This document shows, piece by piece, positions 48,701 to 60,700 of a stretch of DNA of 64,000 bases. The first letter of the stretch is position 1. Every line of letters starts with the position of its first letter. Under the pieces are notes generated by a model. That model was not told the origin of the DNA. It did not search any database and saw only the letters and a list, made by a program, of their open reading frames with translations. The translations under genes were made by a program, and so were the position numbers. Location of the stretch: assembly GCA_964460615.1 (NCBI GenBank), contig CAYWPX010000004.1, forward strand, positions 19,116 through 83,115, given 5' to 3'. The DNA comes from an uncultured Planctomycetia bacterium (GTDB lineage: Bacteria > Omnitrophota > Gorgyraeia > CAYWPX01).

Positions 48701-51700
48701 CCTGAACTCCGTTTGCCGTTGTGTTTGATATTACAAGATTATAAAAACTTGAGTTACCGGGTTTCAGGTTCTGAGTAGTTGTACCATTAAATGTTACGGT
48801 AGATGTACCGCATGTAAAAGCCTGCCCGTTAGTCCAATCACCGGCAACATCAATATTAGCGCCAGGATTATATACTTTGCCGGTTAATATATAAACACCG
48901 TTTGAGAAAGTTGCCTTATTAGCCCCGTCAACGCTCACCAAGCAATCCGAATCATTTATATTATCTGCTATAGCCAGATCAGTATTACTAATACTGGTAA
49001 TACCGTCCTCATGGCGCAAAGTAGCAAAATTCTGGAAAATATTTACCCCCGATATATCGCCGCTGGATGAAACCTTTGTAACAGTGGATGCCTTGACGGC
49101 ATCTTCGTCAACAAAAATAGCTATAACGCTATTTTCTGAGATGGCGCTTGTACTAAACATACTAAAATCACCATTAGATGTTGATCCTGTACCAGCCAAA
49201 GCTCCATTAACTGTTAATTTTAGATTTTTACTGGAAGTTATTTTTGCCCCGCCAATAGCGTCATACAAACTTCCTGCTATTATATCGCCGAATATCCATC
49301 CGGAGTTATTCCCGGAATCCACGCATCCATTGCTCCAAGGAGCGCGTATAGTCCCTCCCGTTACCACACTATCCTTTATATCCGCGTAAGAAATGCCTGA
49401 TGTAATATTCCCCGGAATTGCGATAGTGTACCTATCATCAACGGCTCCGTCGACATCATCCTCTGTGCTTCTTAATAATACAACTCTACCGGAAGCACCG
49501 GCAATACTAAATGTATTTGTTACCGTCTGTGTTTTCCCTTTTTCAAAACTTATCTGCTTATCCAATCCTCCTAGTGTAGTTTCTAAGGTTAGCTTATAAA
49601 ATGAACTGGTTCCGTAAACCGACGCAGAAGCGCTTCCGGTCAGTTTAAATTCAGAATTTCCGCTAACAAGATTTATATCTGTAAGATCCAGATCTCCTTC
49701 AACCGACCAGACTCCGGAACCGGGATATATGCTTCCCTGCCTACTTCCGGTATGTCCTTTTACTAAGACGGTGATATCGTCAATAAGCGCTGTCGAAACA
49801 TCCTGGACGTCATTATAGCCTTCAAATTTTATGCCTGTAATAGGGCTATACGGCGTCACATCCCACGAAACCTGAGTCCAGTCGTCATAATTTTCGTCTC
49901 TAAATGAGTGCAATTCGTGATACACATCCTCCGAGTCTTTTACAAATACCTTCAGGTCATCGCAACAGCCTTCCACATACCCTTTAATATAAAGACTTAC
50001 CCTCAACGCATCCATCGGATCAAAATCGCTGGAGACAACGCTCCAGGATTCATAATCTGATGAATAAATATTCCTCTGCACATCCAAAGAATATAACCCT
50101 GAATGGGCGTCATCACTGGCTATTGAAGCCTGGGCATTGGGATTTTCATTAGCCCACCCGGTAAAATCCCCTGTCTCAAAAGTCCCGCTTTCAAACACAT
50201 TTCCAAGCGTATGCACACCGCCTAAAACGGTAAAATTGGGGCTTGACACTGACCCGTCCAAACCTATCTCATTGGTTGGGCCTCCGAATAAATAGATATT
50301 GCCATTTACAGAATAATTTCCAGCTCCCACTGTGACCGATTTATCGTTCATCTCGCCATTATTTTGGAAGATTATATTATTAAACTGCTTACCACCGGCG
50401 TTAAAAGCAATATTATTAGTAGTAGTATCAAGCGTAAGTGTAGAATTCACAGGGTTAAAAGTGCCTCCAGTGATTGAAAAATCACCGGTTGACGTAATGA
50501 TCCCGTTTTCTCCGGTCACTGTGCCGCCCGTCTGGGAATATTTGGCTATGTTAAGTGCATATGTGTCCAGGCTAAGATTGCCGTTTGAAATGCTGAACTC
50601 GTTTGATACCGTAGCATTACCCGATAAACTCCAGCTTCCCGTCCCGCTTATCGTAAGGTCATAAAAACTTCCTATGTTGTTTGAAATATATTTTACCCCC
50701 TCGGCACCGTCCAAGATAACCTCATTATTGCCTGAAATAAATGTGCCGCTACTTACCCAACTACCTGAGAGGTTGATAGTTTTGCCGTTTGCATTAAAAG
50801 ACGTGTACTGATTTATTACAAAATCACCTTTAATGCTTATGGGATTGGAACTCGAATGGATAACTACCGACTTAGAATAAATCCCGTCGCTTATTGTCAA
50901 ATTATAAAAATTAAAATCAGCTGTATCGGTTTCCGCAACAAATATAGAAGCTGTATCCCATCCTCCAAAACGGAACGTCCCACCGGTCGGGGTAAAATTG
51001 GACCCATTGGCAAAATACGCTGTACCGTATGTTGCATGCTGCCCGCCGTATACGGTTATTGTGCCTCCCGATATATCCTCTGACCAGTTAGGCCCGCAAT
51101 ACCACGGGCTATTTGTGCCGCCATTATAATTCATTCTTCCTATATTCAATGTTCCTGAAGACATTTTTAGTTTTGCCGGCTGGCTTCCGGTGCTTCCATA
51201 ATAAACTCCGGTAAAACTGGCCGTAAATCCATTTACATCAAAAGTTCCAGAATTATGCCTAAAATGCTTTCCATTAAGGTTGCTGTTTAAAGTTACTGTA
51301 TCTGTAAGATTTGTCTTATTAATATCAAAATATGTTGAAGCATTATACCCAAAATCATTATTTGTCCCCGAAACAGAGATTGCAGAATTTCCAGCACCTA
51401 ACATTTCTATTCTTCCATAGTTAAAATCAAAGGAATTATTTCCGGAAATACTTATATCTCCTCTGACCTGTATTACGGCTCCACTACCTGCCGCGCTTGT
51501 GGTATTGGTCGTCCCTCCGGTAACAGTAAAATTTCCGGTAACACTCAAAAGATCCGTAGTGGAATTTATATAAAGCGTTCCGCCGGATTTAAGAAAGTTT
51601 CCTGTCACATTTAAAGTCTTGCCGTTGGGGTTAAATGTGCCTGATTGAATGGTAAAGTCACTTCCAACGGTTGTAGTAGTAGAATATAAAGATACGGTAT

Positions 51701-54700
51701 TTGCGCTATTATTGATGGTAAGCTTATTAAAACTGCCGGCATTTATGTATATTGCCTGGGCAGTTGAACCGTTAAAAATTACAGTGGAAGTATTTGAATT
51801 AAATACACCGTATTGGTAAAAATTGCCACCGATATTTACTGTGGAGTTGCCAAGTGTAAGGGTTTTATTATTATCCTGATTGGTTGTATTATACCCGACC
51901 GCTAAATTTCCTTTAACAGTGAGGGGGAAACTATTGGTATTAAACGCATCCACTCTTGCCGCATAGCCGTCACCCACAATGGATAAATGGCCGTCAATCG
52001 TAACTTCTCCTGTCTGATTAACTGTCGATGAACTACCTGCAATATTTATGTTTCTTTTATAAGTATGAGCGGGTAAATTTTGAGGGGATGCTGAAATAAA
52101 ACTAAAACTGGTATCAACTATCGCATTACTATCCAAGGAAAGCGCGTCGCCCGATTTATACAAATAAATAGTATTACTACCGGTCATAGTGAGAGTGCCG
52201 GCGCCTATAGTTAAAACGCCGTCTACCCCAAAGGTAAGATTAAGAGTAGTAACCTGGCCGGAGGCACCGCAGGTAAGATTATAAAATTTCGCCGTCCATG
52301 CTGTAACAGTACTGGGATTTATCGCTCCTGTCCCTGTAAGATTGACAGTTGATTTACCATATGTAAATGTCCCGGATGTGCTGGTCCAGTTACCAGAAAC
52401 TGTGATGGTAGATGTACCTGTAGAGTTATTGGTCCCGGCAAAAAGTGTACCTCCTGAATTAATAAGCATATTTACACAAGATAGGTTATAAGAGCTGGTG
52501 CCGGTATATATATTAAGGAAGGAACCGTTATTTATCGCCACATCACCGCTTGATACAACATTCCCGGTAGGCGTGTAGGTTTTACCGTCCAATACATTTA
52601 TTCCTTTGGTAAATGTAGCATTACCGGATGATACGCTGAATAATTTATCTGTATCGGAAAGATTATTCATATTCGCCAGATCAGAATTAGTCAGGCTCGT
52701 TATGCTCCCTTCATGCCTTATAGTTGTATAATCCTGTACTATATTTATACCCGTCAGATCCCCTGTAGCAGAGACCTTGGTAACTGTGGAAGCCTTTAAT
52801 GTATCACCGCTCAGATATACAGTGATAATATCATTGGCAACAAGCGTATCACTTGTAGTAAGACTAAAATCACCATTTGAACTGGTTGCCTGCGTGGGAG
52901 TAGAGCCGTTGATAGACACCTTTATTGTCTTTGCATCGGTAATTTTGGATCCGCCGATGGCGTTATATAAACTGCCTGCTATTGTATTACTCGCCCCTTC
53001 TCCGAAGACCCAGTTGGTATTATTGCCGGAATTTGTACTACTGCCGGGAGCTATGGAAGCCGGTGTTCCTCCGATACATGACTGGTCTTTTACATTCACA
53101 TCGAGTAAAGTAAAAACTCCCGCTCCCTGCCAGTTTCTTTGAGTTCCAGTTACACTTGAAGTAATGGATATGGGATCTCCTGCTGAAGGATTACCCTCAA
53201 AATCAATTATCCCGTCATTTGATACGCTTCCCCCCAATACCACATCTCCTGTCGAAAAGTTCTCCCATAACCCCGGAGCTTCCACAATTACTGAACCGGC
53301 AGTGACATTATTGGTTGTCTGCGTAAGCGTCCCAACTATATCAAGCGTCCCTGTCACATTGAGATTATCCGCTATAGTCACCAAATTCCCCGGGTAAATA
53401 GCCAGATTGTTAAACTGCTGATTGTTACTCGTAATACTGCCTGAGTTATTAATAATAATGGTTGATAAACCTTTCGTAAAAGCGCCATTACTAAATGAAA
53501 GATTGCCATTAACCATCAACGTCCCTTCTGATCCATCAAGCGTACCTCCGGACATCCCAAAACTCCCGACCTCATAAGTGCTATTTAATAAAACAGTACC
53601 TGATTCAATAAGCGCCCGCCCTTCAGTCGCAGGCAACTGCCCGGCAGCCCAATTTGAACTACTAGACCATTCTCCTTCGCCATTCCAGCCGTTTTTATAA
53701 TGGTTTGCTATATCAGTAGGTGCCAACGCATAGTCATATACTCTTACCTCGTCGATTGAACCTTTAAAAAATTCTGAATGTCCTATACCAGCATTACCTA
53801 TTACCAACTCATGATTTGAATCAGACAAAAGAGGCAAGCTGTGTTGTGCAAAATTTTCCGCTTGCGCTTCTACACCATTTACATAAATCTTATAACCTGT
53901 TGTTGTCACAGTATAAGCTATATGATACCAAGTATTTAGGCTATAGGCATAACTAGCGTCTGCGTATGTAGTCACCCATTCGTCCCCATCGCCTATATCG
54001 CCGTGGATAGTTGTACCTCCTTCAAATTTAAAATCAAAACTGCTATCCCATGGCGATCTCGAGCCAAATATTGCTATTTCAGTTCCGTTGCCGGTTAACT
54101 TGGCCCATGCCTCAACTGTATAAGAACCTACTATCTCAGGACTATTAGGTATTGAAATATAGGAAGTCAGCCCGTCAAATGAAGCTGAAGCCGTACCCGG
54201 ATTTCTTCCATATTCAACCATAACTCCAGACCCATAAGTAATTCCTGTTTCTGTGCCATCATAACCGTTGCCTGAATAATCGAGAGCATCTCCATCCAGT
54301 TTCCACCATCCCATAAGCCGGCCAAATGACCATGCCCTGTTATTCCCGGAATCTACACAACCCTCCCCGGCGCTAATAAGCGTAGAATCTGAAACACAGT
54401 CCTTTACATCTACATAAGTAGCAGAAAAATCTTCATATAATCTTAGCGTGTACCTTGTATCATCAACCGTACTTCTTAAAGTAAGCTTATGGCTTTCATC
54501 AGATCCTGAAAGCCAAATAATACCTTGGATTATCTGAAGGGATCCGGCTTCAAATTTAATTGTTTTTCCTGATTCAGTAGATAAATCAAGGTTATAAAAC
54601 ATATTATTCCCTGATATAATAGATGTACCGGAACCTGTAAATTTTATTACTCCATATTCGGTAGAACTAAACCCTCCGGAGGTATTATTTGTCCAGTTGC

Positions 54701-57700
54701 CGCCAACTTCAATACCGCCATCGTCAATAATTGCAATATTGGCATTACCATTTATTGTTACGGATCCCGCAACCGGTAAATAATATCCCTGTTGAATTGC
54801 AACAAGCGCATCTCCATTTAAAACTAATGACCCATTCACCGTTAACCCAAACGGATCAAGGCCAGGCCCAGTGCTCGAACCATTAATAGTTAAATCACCA
54901 TTAATTGTTGCTTCACCGCTTGGGCTACTCACACCCGTATCTCTGGTATCTTCAATAATTAAATTATTAAATGTCCCTATTAATTGAAAATCAAGAGCAT
55001 TGATATCAAAAGTTGAAGTATTAGTCATCCAGTCAGCATTTTCCGCTGCGGCGCAATTAAAACTCCCGGCATCACTCATATTTACAGTATTCGAGGCAAC
55101 AAATGTCCCGCTTCTTATATCAAGATGCCCAGCGCCAGCGCCTCCTATAGTCATATTGCCCGAGCCGCCTCTTAATATACCTGTCTCCCCGCTATTGCCA
55201 CCAACTATAACATAATTATTAGCTGTGAGATTAAATGTACTCATATCAAAAGTCCCTCTAATAACTTCGAGGGAATTTGAAACTGTTAAATTGTGGTTTA
55301 CTAATGTCCAATAACCTCCCTGGCCGTTTACTTTAAGAATATAAAGAGCCGCTGTACCCGGATCAAAAGTCTTGCCGGAAGCCGTGCCATTTAAATTAAT
55401 TGTGCTCGTTCCGTAATTAAAAGAACCTGTGCCTGACCAGCTACCAGCGCAGTTAATAGTAGCATTCCCACCGGTTAAAGTGCCGCTATTTGTAAAATCT
55501 CCTCCTATCGTCATGCTTGGGGCAGCATAACTTGTGCCATCGCCAAAAACAATTGCGCTTACGTTAGCGCTCGTATTAGGCCTGATATTTACATATCCTG
55601 TAACTGATATTGTAGAATTATTTGCCAAAAGCTGTGAACTGTGCGATGAGTCCCAGGTAGCCCCTATATTCATATCTCCTGTGACCGTAATGGAATAATT
55701 ATTGGGACTATCAGTATCTATCACCCCGACATCGTTTGTCTGCCAGGTTGCTATCATAAAATTTGAACAGTAAATATTCCCGCCAAGTTTTCCATAGGAC
55801 GAAGCATCGCCAACTCCGCCTCTGATATTCAAATGCGGATATGGGTTCTGGCTGGTTACACCAGGCAAAATATTCGGAGATGCCGGATTTGTGGAATTTA
55901 TGAGGAGATCAACTGTAGGTTTTTGCGCTCCATAAATAATCCCGTTATTTTCAAAGCTATTAGCGCTTGCATATACATACATATCATATGCGCCGTTTAA
56001 AGTACCGCTTTGGAGTTTTAATTTTCCGCCGTTGGCTAAACAAATGCCGGTATTTAAGGTAATGGTCCCGCTTGTATTGATTGTAAAATTATAAAATCTT
56101 TTTGGAACCTGAGCAAAAACCCCGCAACTAATTGACCCCGTGCCATTCATCACCACTGTGGAGCTACCATATATAAATGTCCCGTTAGTATTATCCCAGT
56201 TACTTCCGCAATAGATTGTCCCTGTAGTAGCGCTAAGTGTCCCGCCGCTCGCTATTTGTAAAAGGCCGACACTGGTGAGAATGCTTGCGCCTACGGCTAA
56301 TGTTCCTCCATTATTTATAAATACCGTTTGAACCGTCATGCCGTTACCTGTAGCGTCAATACTGAGGCTTCCGTTTATATTCACAGTCCCTATATTTTGA
56401 GTAGTTACATTGGAATCTTTAAAAATCTTCCCAGCCCCCGTAAACATCACACTTCTTTCAGCCGTAACCTGTTTCGTCCAGGTTGCGCCATTTGCTATTG
56501 TTACATTTCCACCAATAGTAACATTGGGACTACTGGTTCCAAGATTAAGCACTCCGGCAGTAATAGTAATGTCGCCATTTACTGTAAGCGTTGCATTGGG
56601 GGTGATTCTATTATTAGGGGATACGCCTGTATTATTTATAACTATATTATTATAAGTGTTGGTTGCGCCGTTTGAAAAACTCTGGTTACCAGTCCCATTA
56701 AAAGTAAGCGTCGATGTCCCGCCATTAAAGGTCCCGACGGCGGAAAAAGTGTATTTACAAGACCAATTCGAATTCTGCGCATTTATGGTTACGCCTGATT
56801 GTATAGATATCGCGTAATTAGAATTGATATTTACCCCATCATAAGCATTATATACGGCATTGCTCGCCCCTGCTCTTTTGTAAAAAACAGGTGTAGCTGT
56901 ACTACCTGTTGTAACTATATTACCAATTGAACCGGCGTTTCCGGATGAATATGAAGAATAAATAAGAAGATTATAGGAAGATGTAATGGTAGAACTTTGC
57001 GCCTGTTTAAATAACCCCACTCCGCTACTATCATAATCCGCATAAAAAGAATTTGATGTTGAGGAGGTAGTAACGATATTACTATTTATATTAAGATCAT
57101 TGGCGGCATAAAAAAGACAATAAGTCCTCGTTAAATCAGAATTTATCGTGATATCATTTTTGGTTGAATATAAAGTAATAGAACTGCCCCCTCCCCCCGT
57201 AATTCTCGGGGTCTCTCCCGTAAAAAGATCCGCCGAAACAATGTTTGAGTTTTGCTTAAAATAAAAGGTTGTGTTTGCCCCCAGGCTCACAGTTTTTCCG
57301 GCAAGTATCGAGACATCCCCGGTGCCGTTACCGTCGTTATCCGCCTTCATCGACACACTAGTTGCGGCTGTGGCGGTGATATTATCATTTACAGCAATAT
57401 TGTTATTAGCGTTGAAAGTTACTGATCCTGCGATGGCAAGCGGGCTATTTATAGTTAGATCGGTCTCGGCCTGTAATGTCAAAGTGGCGATTGAACTTGA
57501 AAGGCCCGTATTTAAAGTAAATGCCCCGGTATTGGACTTAATAGTCGCCATGCTAGCGCTTATCTTCGAAAGGAAATCGCCTGATGAAGCAGTCCAACTT
57601 CCGCCCTTTGTTACGTTGACACTATTACTATACCCCACAACATTACCGTTCGGGCCTATGCTGAAGCTTTCCGATCCTGCGGCGTCGGTATTATCATAAT

Positions 57701-60700
57701 CAAAGTTAAAATCCATGGAACTCATAACACCAAGCGGCAGGCTTATAGCACCATTTATGGCTATATTTGTATTTGAAAAGAAGCCTATGTAAGCCGACCA
57801 AGACATCTCTGAACATGAAATAGTAGCACCTTCATTCAAAGTTATCGAATCCGTAGACGAAGCTCCTGATATATTGTCAGAATAGACATACAAATAGCCA
57901 GACGAACCCATAAAATCAGAACCAACAACTATATTGTTTAAATAAGTAGCCCCTGTCGAATAAATATGCAGATAGGTTGATAACGAACCTGAGCTTACTG
58001 TAACAGTCCCGGAAGTATGGTTAAAACTTCCTACTCCGTTCCCATCATAGTCAGTATTAATAAAAACATCGTAACCATTTATATATAAATCGCCGCTCAA
58101 GTCCAAATTATTCGCTACATAAATATAAACTTCTCCGGAATCACTGAATACAAGAAAATAATCTGAGATCTTTAAATTGTTATAAGTACTGCCTAAAGGC
58201 AGTGAATCCCCGTACCAATAACTATTCCCATAATACCAGATCGTCCCTGAGTCTAAATCATTGTTAATTATTGGGTAACTCCCGCCCCCTATTTTAAATG
58301 TTCCGTTATTATCAAACTGCGCCTCGCTGGCTGAAAACATGGCATTGCCTATGTCATAAAGAGCATCTTCGGATATGGTAAGGTGCGATGAGATATAAAT
58401 TTCCTGATAACCATAGGCGCTGACGCCTGAGGTATTTGAAATGGTAAGGCTATTAAAGAGCAATTCCATACTGCCATTCATGGTCTGGGCTGAAGATCCA
58501 TTAAACGTAACGTCATATTGACCGGGGGTAAAACTACCTCTTATATCCCAGTTTCCCTGGATACTTATATTCCCTCCCGGGACATAAATTTTATTTCTCG
58601 GAACATAAAGGCCTTGTGTAAATATGGCATTATTGCCGGACATATCATAAAGAATATCTGTATCACTTATCTTTGCCGATATGAGATCCGCATTTGTAAG
58701 CTGGGTTATACCAGCTTCATGCCTGAGTGTAACAAAGCCTGCATAAAATTCCAGCCCTGAAAGTGTTCCACCGGTTGAAACTTTTGTCACTAAAGATCCT
58801 TTGACAGCCGAACCGCTTATATAAATAATCATTTTATCATTTGCCACGAGAGACACATCATTAAATACAAAATCGCCGTTTGATGTTGTGGTAGTATTAT
58901 AGGTAGTAGTACCGTTTATTACGGCTTTTACACTAAGCCCTCCTTCGACTTTTGACACCAAGTCGCTCGTATAGATACTTCCGCATACTGTATTTGCCCC
59001 TACAAAAATCCATCCGACGTTATTAAGCGAGTCCGTCCCTGAAACTACCGCAATCGCTGTACCTGTTCTTGTCTGGTCTTTTACATTGACATCTATCATT
59101 GTAAATGTCCCTGTCCCGGACCAGGCTCTCTGGGTATTATCTACTGTACTTCTAATAAGTATATCATCATTATCCCCGCCGGCTGCTGTGCCGCCATTTC
59201 CGTTAAAAGTAATTGTCCCGCTATTTGCTACACCACCACCTAATGTGACATCACCAGTTCCGTTATTCTGCCAGGTTCCGCCTCCGTTTACCGAAACGTT
59301 TCCCACTACCCTTAAATCATACGACCCCTGGTCAAATATTCCGCTCGCAACGCTAAATATTCCGCCTATTTCAATATTGCTAAGAGGCTGCAAAGTAGAC
59401 CCGCTGGATTTAGATAGATTGTTGAATGATTGGCCATTCCCAAGTTTTACAGTTTTTATCCCGCTAGTACCGCTAAAATAAACTGCGGAAGTTCCTTTAT
59501 TGAATACACCGTTTGAACTGTCCCAGTTGCCAGGGCAGTAAATATTGGATGAATTTGCGTTTAAAGTACCGGTAATTGTAATATTACCGCTTCCTGATAG
59601 TTGGAGAGTTCTATTTGTAGTGCCATCGTTTGTATCAAGCGTTCCTGAAATAATGTCCAAATTACCATAAACAGTAGTCGTTGAAGCAGTTGAAAGTCTG
59701 AATGTAGCTCCACCGTCGATCTTTAAATTATAATAACCGATATTTTTGATTGATTTAGTCCCGGAACTTGCATTATATTCGAAAAGTCCGGAGTTTGTAT
59801 CTCCAGTTAATGTTACGGTTGTTTCATCGCCGTTAAGCTTAACTGTTCCATCGTTACTAAATGTCCCGGAAACTACTAAATTTTTCCCGTTTAAACTTAA
59901 AGTTCTATTTGCTCCGATTGTTAAATTCCCGCCGCATGTCAGATCCGCGCCCAATGTTAAATCAGTCCCCATAAGATTCATAATAATCGAAGCTGTTATT
60001 GTATTGGCACCTTGGGTAATTGTACCGCTATAACCAGCCTGGAAATCCAAAGTCCCGACACTGATGTTTGTATCAATGACCAGATTCCCGTTTTTACCAT
60101 TAGCTCCGTCAAAAATCGCTGTATCGCCTGTCACCGGGGCCCCCGCACCTCCATCACCGCCGGAACTTGATGACCAATTATTAGGATCACTCCAGTTACC
60201 GCTCCCTGAAGCTACCCAGTAACGCGTAAGAGGAGGCGTCCCGTCAAAAAACATCAAACGGTTATTACCTGTATCTGTGGCGATAATAATTTTATTGGTA
60301 CTGTCATAGGTTACGCCTCTAGGATATGATAATTTATTTTGTGTAAGGCCGTAAGAACTTGTCGTAAAATTAGGCTGGCCTAAAACATAAAGGGCAGTTT
60401 CTCCGTTTGTGATCTCATTTACATCAAAAACCATTATTCTGCTATTTCCATAATCTGCTACAAAAAGTCTTTTATCTATACTGTCGTAAGCGGCTCCTTC
60501 AGGATTAACAAGTTTACTCTGCGAACATGTTCCCCAAGTAGTGCTAAAATCAGGCTGGCCAAGAACATTGATTGCATCTTCACCATTAGTAATGCTTGTA
60601 ACATCAAAGACCATCACTCTCTGATTTGAACTGTCAACCACAAAAAGCCTTTTAACGGTTGTGCCATCATCATAGGCAACGCCCTTCGGAGCAAAGAACC

